Assembly (NCBI GenBank): GCA_003344405.1
Contig: NOWV01000282.1
Location: 1-64,000, forward strand
Direction of reading: 5' to 3'
Source: Trichoplax sp. H2
Lineage: Eukaryota
DNA: 64,000 nt
This document shows, in pieces, positions 1 to 11,141 of this stretch. Numbering within the stretch: position 1 is the first letter of the stretch; each line of letters opens with the position of its first letter. The position numbers and the translations under genes were made by a program. Below the pieces are notes generated by a model that was not told where the DNA came from, searched no databases, and worked only from the letters and a program-made list of their open reading frames with translations.

Positions 1-3000
1 AAACTGATTTCAATATGTTACTTGCTGAAAAATACTGTTGTTATTCCATAGTCTTTTTTATAGCCCAGCTACCTGGAGCTTGGAGATTGGTAACTATCTT
101 CTTGCAATCGCAATTAGAACTCGTTTATTTTCAGATAACACATGAATGATATGAACTATATAAAAAATTATCAATGAAATAATAAATTAAGTAATACAGT
201 TGACATTCGAAGCGATTAATAGCCAACTACGATTATGTTATGTAGCTACGTCTGAATTATTCCTAAACTTCCGAAATGTAAACCAAGAGGGTAATTGTTG
301 GCAAGATAAAGTCTATTTACTATAATTTACTATTAACTTGCTTATTAGGGCAATACGCGTATTGGCCGGACTTCGGGTTTTGGCCGTAACATATATACGC
401 TTACATACTGATTCAAAGTAGCTTATTATCATAGCACACCCTTTTAATTTAAAAGATGCATAATCCACGAAGAATTGATCATGAGAATAATAGTGCTGCC
501 TTTCTTTTCTATTTATCTACAAGTTTCAGGGCGAAATCAGCTACTCAATCTTGCTTGAATTGATATAAGCTGAGCAAGTACGAGTTCCACCATTTTATGA
601 TCTCCCCATAACCAAAAAGTCACTAGGAAAAAAGTCGAATTCTTCATGCAATCGGTGTTATATTTATCAAAAGTATTTTATTCATAATTTTATTTGCTCA
701 TTCATGCAATGAAAGATGAATTTGCAGCATTGAATGGAAGTCTTATGGGGACCGCTTTTAATAAAGTAGCAAGGTTGTCTTTCAATATTCGCCATTCTTC
801 TTATATCGTTATTAGCCAGAAGAATATCTATTTGTAGAGTGCGGTAACCAAAACATAACTAATAACCCTTGATCATCGGTAATTAATCCCATGTAAACAT
901 GAAATCATCATAAATCGACAGCATTTCCCTAATTTTAATATACTTCTTATAGCTCAATTTTAGTTATAGTACATTCATTTGGAATTATGGACATTATGAC
1001 AAGATACAGCAAAGCAAATGTTCACTACAGTAACTTGATAAAAGTTGATAAGGCAATATTGCGTAGCCAATTACTGTTTATTTCAATTCAAGGACTATTG
1101 CCAAAGACTATGTTTAGGCTTATTTAACATTTTTATATTTTCCAATTACCTAATAGCAAATTCTTTCGCAGAGAAAATTACCGAGTTTCACCGTCGTATC
1201 TCCTGCTTGAATGATATGAAACCACAATATCTATTATGACGACGACTGATTATTTTTTAATTTTTTTGCTCCGTTCGTCCAGACTAGGAAATTTTAAACT
1301 TCGTGCTTGAAGGTAAGATGTAGGACTCAATTCAATTTAACTGTTCTAGTATTGATCAATGATTTTAGAAACTAGTAAGAATAGCAGCTAATGTCTTAGG
1401 CTATAGAACTGAAATCGATGTTACGAATGTAGATGTCGAAATAAGGAACTTATCTGAAGTATCAAACTGACAGAGAATCATCTTAATACGATTTTTTCTG
1501 TCTTGATGGAACTATCAGGTACTTATAATTGCTATTAACTGACAGAGGAATAACTTTACGAGCTGCTTAAATGAAGGCATCAATTTGATTTAGTGACTTG
1601 GCTGATGAAATATTTCTAGAACTTTATATCCCTTTAGATGTAATATTTTGGAAAGTATGTAAATCATGTATTCTACTCTACGGGTGTGTTCACCAAATAT
1701 ATCCTTAGTCATAGGCTTGTTTATCCTTTAACTCTTTTACTAGATATTCGAAAACTGATGTAGTAGCTTCTATTCTGATTGGTTTCCCTCCACAATTTAC
1801 TGAAATAGTGAATTTCAACAAGATTGGTAGAAGAGCAAGGGTAGAATTAACAAAAAGCTAAAAGATTGAGAAAAAATAAATTCTATGGGTAATACAGACA
1901 ATGCTGATTGCATAAAGGATATTGCTAGCAAAGTAGCATCATTTTAATAAAAAATATACAGATACCTCATAGATAATTCACATTTTGAAGCCAAAGGTGT
2001 ATAATGCCTATTTTAGTCTTAGAAGCTAGTTTGGCAGAAAACGTTATATGTTAGAATCGAGAATACTAATTTTTCTTACATAGGTACAAGTCATCGTTCT
2101 TCTTTTCTCAACTTTTTAAACTATTAGAAGACGCTAGAATAAAATCAGTAAGCGGCAGTCGTTAATAAGATTGGAAGGCTTACGATCTAAGAGATGATTC
2201 ATAAGTATTCGCTGTAATTTTTCATAGTCTTTCAATGTTGATAACATCATACAACTTTAAAAATTCTCATACAACTTTATACATTTATTTCTACGTTAGA
2301 TATTATGAGACTTGTATTGATATTTATAAACAATTACTGTACTTCTGTAATAATTCTGCAATTTGAAGTCCTACAATAATATATCACACAATTTCCTCCA
2401 GCTAGAGCCTTGGCAAATGTTCTTTAAAGGATAATGAGGTAAAAGTTTTATATTTATCTGATATTACCAACATTTATAACTGTCGAATTGAAGCTAAAAT
2501 TATTGTGTTATTTAAATAAAAAACAGGTAAATCTTATAAAAAGTGTTTAGAAAGTATAGAAAATATGAAGATGAGCAATAACTAGGGTAGCCTTGAAGTT
2601 TACTGATAAATCAATTAGAAAATGTTATCAGTAAAATAGTGGCATATAGTCGTCTTCTAACTTTTTATTAATAAAAAATTCGAGACGTGGTTAATTTTAA
2701 TTTTTTTAATTGGCTATGGCAGTGTACCAAAAGTAAATTCTTAAAAGGAAAATTTTGATAGATACATAAATATACAATATACTTATAAGGACTGACACAT
2801 GAAGCAAGATAAATGTTAGTTATCGTTTTAAAGTACGAGCGATCCAAGGATAACGATTATCACAGTTAACTTAAGCAACAGATTTGTTCATTTCGTCAAT
2901 AAATTAGCTACATTCTGATGCTTACTTGTATTTAAGTTATTTACGGGCAATATCATGTTACTTGGCTAGACTAGCGTGGTAGATATTCTGTGAAATGAGC

Positions 3001-4862
3001 GGTGCTCATAACAGCAGACATAAATTTTAAAGACCAATTAGGAAAGCTGACTAGTTCGTCAATCTATTACCAGTTTAGCAAGTCAATTAAATCTAGCTTA
3101 TTTTGAATATCAATTATTTGGGGAGGTAAAACACCCAAGCTATCTATTTTTCACAATCCATTGTAGAATATTTGTTCAGTATAGTTCTGTAATTACATGC
3201 AGATATTCCACACTAATAATCCACTTATTAGCAGATAGTTTACAAACTCGAATCATTATATATCGCCATAATCATTCCAATTTTTGCTAGATTATCAGAC
3301 TATGTGTTGTATATTCAATCCTACCGAATATCCCTAATACTAATTGCTATATTAAGTAATAAAGTCCCAACATATCTTTATACGACCATAATTTAATAAT
3401 GTCGTATACTTTATTGCGTCGTACAGTCATAATATATGCTTTCAATTTGAGCAAGATTAGTATATTAGTTTATGAAATGAATCTTCAATGTCCAGATTTA
3501 ATACTTTCTTTCAAATAAGAATGATTTTCTGCATCTATTTCTTAAATAGTCCTAGAATTATAGTTTGTGATCAAAGGATTCATAATATATATTTACTTCC
3601 GTCTCTTTTTGTCAACACGAATATGCAATACATATCCAACAGAGTTACAAGAACAATTTATAACAATAGTATCAAACGTAAAAGTCAATAAAGCTGGATA
3701 TTTACGATAGCCGAATTAACTCAATAGGATACAAAAGCGCACTTGCGGAATTTAAAACACAATAATGGTTAACTCAATTCCAAATAAATTCCTTACATTT
3801 TACTACCCATCATCGAATTGTTCAATATTACAAAGGCCAAACTGGTAGAAAAATATTTTTATATTTAGGTACATACATAATAGCCGTTGATGATCTTAAG
3901 AAAATACCAGCGGAATCGAAAACATTAAGAGGCACGCCTCTATCAACACTAATTATTGTAGGTTTCCGTAGAAATAGCTTGTAACCAGATTACTTAATAT
4001 CATGACATATTAATTGTTACTGCAGTAAATTATTTGTGATTGCGCTACCGAAAGTATTCGATACAACACCATCCATACAATTATTTATATAGTAAGCTAC
4101 CAGTGGCATGATCATTTTCGATTGTTAAATTGCTTTAAGCACATTCCAGTTTATGATTTTATCAGCAAGTATTACCATAAATTAACATAAACTATGGTGT
4201 ATAAGAAAATATAATGATTTATATTCTCGTATAGTAATTCTAAATAAACTATTAATCTAATAAATTCTATAATACTTTTGCTCAACCCATAAGCATAAAC
4301 CCAATTTTTTTCGTAATAGCTTTCAGCCAATCTTGTGTACCATCACAGAACAACGCTCATACGCTATAAATTATCGCATTTTCGGTATTAAGTTAGAATT
4401 CATAACCTCTGCGCTAGCCTCAAATTGGTTTTATGCTTTCAATTATTTACCTGCGGCTCTTGTACTGAATATATCTACATTAGCTACTGGTTTTCTTATA
4501 GTTGCTGAAATCAATATAAACTAAGAGTTATCGCACTAAGTAAAATTGCTATGAAGTAATTCTGCCGGCGTCTTGCCAATAAATTTCATATAAAGACACA
4601 GAATTAGTACCTTGCTTGAAAACAATATTAACGGCTAAGATAAAGAATCGAATAATTTCCTGTATTGCCAGCCATTCTGGAACAACTTGTAGCCCGAACT
4701 TTGCTATCCTACTTAATAACGATTTTTAATTATTAAATGGTAAGTGTCGTAAAATCAGATAATACACGGCTAGTTCTGATCACTTTTTAATTTATGTGTA
4801 CGCACAACTTATGCTAGAACATCCTAAGATTTCGTTATTCTATTTCGTTTATTTTTAAAAAG

Positions 4863-7800
4863 ATGAGCGACAACGCACCTTTTAGCGCTAATAACACTGA
4901 CCTGACCGAGCTAAATGCTTCTGGAAGCGACAAAAATCTGGCTGAGCACGGCGATGAACCAGGCTACTGGTATAGTTTGAATGATGGGATATATCTGCTA
5001 ATGAATATACGTGAAAAATGCTTAAATTATAGAATGAACGACGGCGAGAATTTTGCACAAAAAGATCTGCAAGAATACTCCCCTACAAGAGAAAACGCAA
5101 ATAAGATACTTCTAACCGATCCATTTTCGATAGAGCAATTTAATAATATTTCCTTTATCGACGATATAAAGACTATCGCTGGAAAACATGACCGCGATGA
5201 AGATGGAAATGACATAACGGCTAGAAATAACCGATGGTCAAATATTCCGCAATTAATAATCATACCAATAATCATTAAGAATCATTGGATCAGTTTCCGA
5301 ATCCGAATCGACGATAATAATGATGCCGACATTTTATACAGCGACCCATTTGGAAATACTGATTTAATCAAAAACCTGAAAAAGAATCGTCAAACACGGA
5401 ATAAAATTACTGAGGCATTGAATTTACTTTGCGGTAAAAATATTAAGCTTACGGAGAGTTCTAAATCATTTAATCAACAAGGTAATGATGGCTCGAATTG
5501 TGGACCTATTACTTTCGCGAATATTCATGATTACATGAAAATCGAAATTCCGAATTCAGATTTACAATCCGACGAGAAATATTCCATTCGTGAGTTTTGT
5601 AAAGCTGGAAGTTCATCTATTAAAAATAGAAGGGAGAATGACATAAAAATTTATACAGAAACGATAAAGAAATATGGTAAGCTTGAAACAAAAAATGATA
5701 TGCAGCCTTCCATTAAGAAAAGTAGCTCGTCAATCAGTGAATACGAGAAGGAAGATAATACCCAATCAGTTATATCAGCTAAAGTTTACAGTCTAGAAAA
5801 GGTTCAAAAAATATTAGACGACCTGAACGCACAAAACTCATTCCCAACCAGTACGATGGCGAAACAAGATCTGAGAGACATACTAAACCATTTTATCACG
5901 TTGACCAAAAGTTCTCCGACTAAGAGCAAGAAGTCTCAGCAGCCAACAAAAGCATTTAGCGATTCTGTTGAAACTATTAAGCGTCTAATTATCACAGAAT
6001 CAGATTTCAACCCAACGAAAGGTTTAAAAGATACTTTACACGGTTCTATGTATCAGATAGAATTGATTACATTGGTGGCTATTCGCACTAATAGAAGAGG
6101 AGATAATTTTGTGATAGCAAGCGAAGTTAAAGGATTTGATAAATTTGATGACTTAATTGTTATCTCTGAAAGCGATGCAATTTACATTCAAGTCAAGCAT
6201 TCATCAACAAAAAAGGATTACGAGGAAGATAATTTTTTTTCTGATAAGCCAAAAAACACAAGAAGCAATCCTTATATGTGGCTTTATTTCGATCACTGGC
6301 TGAAGATAAAAAATTCTGAATATTATCTTGAAAAATTGCGTGATAAATCTCATCAATTTATATTTTTTTCGAACTGTGGGGCAAATATTCGCGATATTTT
6401 GATAGACAAGGACAACGCAAAACTATCTCTTAATCATTTATTTGAAGATCTTGAAGGGCATAGCTTCAAATTTAATAAACTTTCAAAGAAATATAAACCA
6501 GTTAAGTGTATCTTCACTTACATACAGACTGTAGCTAACAAGCTACTAAAAGATTTAAATAATATCAAGAAAAAGAAAGAATTTGAAAAGTCTTTGGAAC
6601 ATGCGTACTGTACGTTCCTGAAAGTTAAAAATATCCTTATGGAAGCAAACAAGGACATTGATGAACAGAACAGTCGTCCTTATATCTTGATATCAGACAT
6701 GGCTATAATCGCATCAGAACTTTCAAATGAACCTTTGCGAAGTAAGCTACGTGAAGAAATGACTGACGACGAGAAAAGTTATTATGATAAAAATAGCACT
6801 ACAATAAAAACAATCATGAACAACATTATGTTAGAACAAATCCATCAGTTTTTCGACGAATTCATAGTGAAGATTAGTCAATCCGATACCGCACAATTAA
6901 GAAATTTGATCTACGAAGAGATCAGATCTGAGACTGACATAGCTAATCTAGAAGTCCATAGTATGGTACGAGGGAAAATGATTGACTGGCTAGCAGATAA
7001 AAGCTTGTGTGTGCTAATGCCAAATAAATTTAATGAATTCGTGACCGCTCCCGAGAATAATGCACGTCGCTTTTTTTTACTAAAGTACACTCAATCATTT
7101 ATTTCTGAATATGATGAGCTGGTCCAAGGTCACAAAATAAACACTTCAAAAATCGAAATCGAAATCGAAGCTTTAAAAGAATTCTTAATTAATACCAATC
7201 GTAACGATTTAGTCATGTTGCTTTATGGGGTGGGTGTTAAACTAAGAATATATTGGACTTTAAAGTCAATGGATAACTACTCTAAACTCGATGAATGGTC
7301 ATTCTTGGAGATATCTTTTAAATCGATGATGCAAGGAATGCTTCCGAAAATTCTTCAAGGTGTCACTTTAAAATTTGTAATTATTGATTGTCGTTTACAA
7401 AACAAGTCACCATCTGAAGTGCTAGTATTACTAGAAAAGGTACTCCACGCAGCCTTTACTAATAACAAAAAAATTATTCTAATAATAAAAGCAGATGATC
7501 AAAAGGAATACCGCGACAAAATAAGTGACATAGATAGAAATTTAAAAGCAGATAGTGATTCAAAACCTCTTAACATAGTCAATGAAGAGTTAAAAGAATT
7601 ATCATCTAACAAGTTGAAATTGCTATATGAAAATCATAGTGAAAAGTATATGTATTTGGCCGGTAAAAATTATCTTCTGTTCAAAATTCTTCAAGATGAA
7701 TCTAGCAATTTATATGAATTTATTGCAGACGTAGATAATATTACTGCAGTAATGAAGGAACTAAATGAACAAAAATTTGAACATCCTCTTGCTAGTTGTC

Positions 7801-10800
7801 TACCTTACAAGGTCTATCTGAAAAATCAGATCATAAAGATGATACCAATCTACGCATTGCGAAATGTATTAGAAACGAAAGACTTATCACTCCTTATATT
7901 TGAATGTAAAGTGGATTTTGAGCGCTTGAAAAAATTACTCAATGGATGGTTTAACTTCGAAGAAAGAAAGCAGTTTACGAGTAAAATAAGAGAAGCTCGT
8001 CAGAATTCCGATATCATTTACATTTTGTCAAGGCAAACATGCGACATTGATTCAACACTACTATATACCCCTAAAAAGAAAAGGGTCATGATTTATGTGG
8101 GTGATTTTAATTCCTTAACCGGAGAACATAAGGACCTGAACCACATCGTCGTTAAACTGAAAAATCCAAATAAATTGAATAAACATCACAAATGGTCTAT
8201 CAATAAGGAAGATAATACCGATACTATTAAACTAGACGTAATTGGACGTATCCCAGTTTTTATTACAGATTACTCAAAAGAATTGCAATTGCCACCTGCA
8301 AGTGAATATATCAATCAATGCGAGGAAGAGTACTCCCTTCCAACAATATTACCTAAAAATAATAATTTCGTAATTTTATCTGCGGATGCTGGTTTTGGCA
8401 AAACTGCCTTATTAATTAATAGAATAAATGAATGGGCTGGCGATGAAAATTTAGAGTCAATTTTATCATGGAAATTATACGTGCATTTACCCAGCCAAAG
8501 ATTTGATGATTTTCAAGATCTCCAGACATTCGTCAAAAAATTAGTCAGGGATTTTACCCTAAAAGATTGGCAATTGAAGGCTCTATTAAATGACATGGAA
8601 AAAGAAGATCGCGTTGAATTATTGTTTGACGGATTAGATGAAATCAAAGACGAAAATAAAATTATCACTTTCAATAAATTGCTTACCGAAATTTCAGATA
8701 CGACGGCAATTGTAATTACTACTAGACCATACGCTGCTTATAAAGTGGATAAGCCAATAAAGCGAAACCTTGGGCTCTACTTAACCCTTGCGAGGTACAC
8801 AGATGAACAACGCGATAAATATATTAAAATGATGATTCCTAAAATTCTAAACGAAGGTGCTATGCATTCATTTATGCGTGATACGCGTATGACTGAAAAA
8901 AAAATAGCCAAAATAGCTAACAATTTATGTGAACATATTGATCAGGAGATCAGCAAAAAGGTACAGCATCTAATAGGTATACCTCTAGAATGTTATATAT
9001 TTTGTGAAACGAAAGCCTCAAAGATTATAATTTACGGCACTGATTGCATAGACAACGGTGACGAAGCTCAGGAAGAAAAATCTTTAAAAAGTACATCAGG
9101 TCTCTATCGAGAATTTTTGTTCACGAAATTAAAAGTGTTTACTGAACGCTATCTAAATATATCATTAAACAACGATTTGAAAGATAGAAGCAGAATTTAT
9201 AATGTCTCATCTAACTATATCATAATTTTAGCCGTTTTGGCGTTTAAGCAAGCCTTTCAGTTATCCTCGAACTTTGTACATTCAGCTCTTGCTCGAAGTT
9301 ATTTCACTAAGGAAATGCTGAACAAACTAAAACATACCGGACTTGTCACTGTAAGCAAACATGCAGACGAAGACTTTGCAGGTGGGGGCCGTTGCCTGAG
9401 TCTCAATTTTAATCACGCAACATATCAAGAATATTTAGCCGCTTTATATCTACTATATGGGCTAATTTTAGATGATGAACTCAGGAGTATTGTGCAATGC
9501 CAAATCAAGAATAATCGGTATGATCCTAGCTACGCCCTGATATTATCATTAGCAGCTCAATTAAGCATAGATGAAATTGAAGTTATCCCAGGTTTTGCTG
9601 CTGACAAGCATGCAATTTTATTTTGGAAAGCGTTATGTGATGAAGCAGACATCTTAGGAGCAGCAGAAAGTAAATTGCTGCAAAAGTGCTTATATGAATT
9701 TTCGGACAAAATGGTTACAACTTTAATAAAGATTGTAAATAGTACAAGTTGCTATAAAAAGATAAAGAAAGAACTCGGCAAACGTTCGAAAAAATACTTA
9801 CGAGAATTGGAGGAATTTATTATAACAGATCAAAGTAACATCCCTCAACCGATGATCTTTGATGATTCTAAATCTGAAACTGAAAGCTTATCGACAGTCG
9901 AAGATAGTGATATAAAAAAATTAAAAAATAAAAATGTAGTAATTGAATTTACAAATGACTTACAGCAATCCAAGGGATCTGATTATGTTGCAAGAGCATT
10001 TGAAATAATTATCAAAGAAAAAATTAAGTCAGACCATGATAAAGTAAAATCTGAGGACTATTGGGGAATGGATGGAGGTTTTGAAGCAATGGCATTACTC
10101 GGCGACAGTTTTAATAATTGCCATGCTCAGTATTTCATAAAAAGAGTCGATAACTACCCGGAGCATCGCTGGAGCAAAGCTTGTAACGCTATCGAATCAT
10201 TACTAAAATACTGCACAAAACCAAACGTAAAAGCTGAATGCGTCAACTTGATAGAATGTTTAGCAAAGCATGCGTTAGAGTATGATAGTCCTGAGCGTTT
10301 AATCCCTCTAATAAAAGCTGTACGTTCAGAAATTTTTTTATCTTTTTCTCAATTAGAAGATCAAATTCGGGAACTGCCTGAATATTCTATACCTAATGAA
10401 ATCCATGGTAGGCCCTATCAACAATTTATACTAAAATTTACTTTTGCATTGTGGATATCGATAAAGATGACCTACGCGGTAATAAAGTCAAAAGATACTC
10501 ACGAAATTATCATTAAGGAAGAAAAAGTCAAAAAAATAAAAATAGATCGGGATAAAGTGCATGTATGGAATCTTATAGAAAATGTCATTGATGAGTTAGC
10601 AAATCAACCCAACGAAGACCGTAAAGCAAGGCTGTTGATTAATACCAAAAGATGGAAATGTTTGATTTATGAAGGCCTCGTTGAAATGGCGATAAAGAAT
10701 AAAGACTATTCCGCACTACATGATGAGACGTTCATTGACATTGTGGTAAAAGACTATCATATAGTAGCTAATATTTTGAAAATTTATCATGAGCACAAGT

Positions 10801-11141
10801 TGATTGATGGTGAAGTAGCTGCAAGATTATCAACATTTATCGTCATTATAAATGATATTAAAAGTATACAATGGCCAATTAAAGGCGGCATTGAAGCAAT
10901 CGCTTACGTTGGAAAACATTTCAGTCCAGCGTTTGCAAATTTCTTAGCACGTAGAGCAAAAAGTTATCCAAATAATAAACGTAAAGCAGCTGCTTCTCTC
11001 AGAAATCTTAAACAAATATTACAAAATTGTAATGACGACGAGACCTACAGAGATGCAGTAAATGCTTATAATTGGTGCCGACAGCAGAATATCTTTAAAG
11101 ATCATAATTTAGAACCGATACAGTCTGAGAGTTTAAATTAG
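4863..11141 (+). CDS. Intronless 2092-aa multidomain protein: Ulp1/CE-clan protease + PD-(D/E)XK-like nuclease + degenerate NTPase-like block + NACHT/STAND NTPase + C-terminal repeats
   Basis: Unbroken 6.3-kb ORF in AT-rich DNA. Protease motifs: NHW (H141), YSDPFG (D161), QQGNDGSNCG (C213). Nuclease-like motifs: HGSMYQ...FDDLIV...IQVKH (aa ~393-446). NTPase motifs: Walker A ADAGFGKT (aa 1174-1181), Walker B LLFDGLDE (D1256), ITTRP, GIPL and the winged-helix motif FNHATYQEYLAA (aa ~1516). Confidence 0.85.
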   Translation: MSDNAPFSANNTDLTELNASGSDKNLAEHGDEPGYWYSLNDGIYLLMNIREKCLNYRMNDGENFAQKDLQEYSPTRENANKILLTDPFSIEQFNNISFIDDIKTIAGKHDRDEDGNDITARNNRWSNIPQLIIIPIIIKNHWISFRIRIDDNNDADILYSDPFGNTDLIKNLKKNRQTRNKITEALNLLCGKNIKLTESSKSFNQQGNDGSNCGPITFANIHDYMKIEIPNSDLQSDEKYSIREFCKAGSSSIKNRRENDIKIYTETIKKYGKLETKNDMQPSIKKSSSSISEYEKEDNTQSVISAKVYSLEKVQKILDDLNAQNSFPTSTMAKQDLRDILNHFITLTKSSPTKSKKSQQPTKAFSDSVETIKRLIITESDFNPTKGLKDTLHGSMYQIELITLVAIRTNRRGDNFVIASEVKGFDKFDDLIVISESDAIYIQVKHSSTKKDYEEDNFFSDKPKNTRSNPYMWLYFDHWLKIKNSEYYLEKLRDKSHQFIFFSNCGANIRDILIDKDNAKLSLNHLFEDLEGHSFKFNKLSKKYKPVKCIFTYIQTVANKLLKDLNNIKKKKEFEKSLEHAYCTFLKVKNILMEANKDIDEQNSRPYILISDMAIIASELSNEPLRSKLREEMTDDEKSYYDKNSTTIKTIMNNIMLEQIHQFFDEFIVKISQSDTAQLRNLIYEEIRSETDIANLEVHSMVRGKMIDWLADKSLCVLMPNKFNEFVTAPENNARRFFLLKYTQSFISEYDELVQGHKINTSKIEIEIEALKEFLINTNRNDLVMLLYGVGVKLRIYWTLKSMDNYSKLDEWSFLEISFKSMMQGMLPKILQGVTLKFVIIDCRLQNKSPSEVLVLLEKVLHAAFTNNKKIILIIKADDQKEYRDKISDIDRNLKADSDSKPLNIVNEELKELSSNKLKLLYENHSEKYMYLAGKNYLLFKILQDESSNLYEFIADVDNITAVMKELNEQKFEHPLASCLPYKVYLKNQIIKMIPIYALRNVLETKDLSLLIFECKVDFERLKKLLNGWFNFEERKQFTSKIREARQNSDIIYILSRQTCDIDSTLLYTPKKKRVMIYVGDFNSLTGEHKDLNHIVVKLKNPNKLNKHHKWSINKEDNTDTIKLDVIGRIPVFITDYSKELQLPPASEYINQCEEEYSLPTILPKNNNFVILSADAGFGKTALLINRINEWAGDENLESILSWKLYVHLPSQRFDDFQDLQTFVKKLVRDFTLKDWQLKALLNDMEKEDRVELLFDGLDEIKDENKIITFNKLLTEISDTTAIVITTRPYAAYKVDKPIKRNLGLYLTLARYTDEQRDKYIKMMIPKILNEGAMHSFMRDTRMTEKKIAKIANNLCEHIDQEISKKVQHLIGIPLECYIFCETKASKIIIYGTDCIDNGDEAQEEKSLKSTSGLYREFLFTKLKVFTERYLNISLNNDLKDRSRIYNVSSNYIIILAVLAFKQAFQLSSNFVHSALARSYFTKEMLNKLKHTGLVTVSKHADEDFAGGGRCLSLNFNHATYQEYLAALYLLYGLILDDELRSIVQCQIKNNRYDPSYALILSLAAQLSIDEIEVIPGFAADKHAILFWKALCDEADILGAAESKLLQKCLYEFSDKMVTTLIKIVNSTSCYKKIKKELGKRSKKYLRELEEFIITDQSNIPQPMIFDDSKSETESLSTVEDSDIKKLKNKNVVIEFTNDLQQSKGSDYVARAFEIIIKEKIKSDHDKVKSEDYWGMDGGFEAMALLGDSFNNCHAQYFIKRVDNYPEHRWSKACNAIESLLKYCTKPNVKAECVNLIECLAKHALEYDSPERLIPLIKAVRSEIFLSFSQLEDQIRELPEYSIPNEIHGRPYQQFILKFTFALWISIKMTYAVIKSKDTHEIIIKEEKVKKIKIDRDKVHVWNLIENVIDELANQPNEDRKARLLINTKRWKCLIYEGLVEMAIKNKDYSALHDETFIDIVVKDYHIVANILKIYHEHKLIDGEVAARLSTFIVIINDIKSIQWPIKGGIEAIAYVGKHFSPAFANFLARRAKSYPNNKRKAAASLRNLKQILQNCNDDETYRDAVNAYNWCRQQNIFKDHNLEPIQSESLN

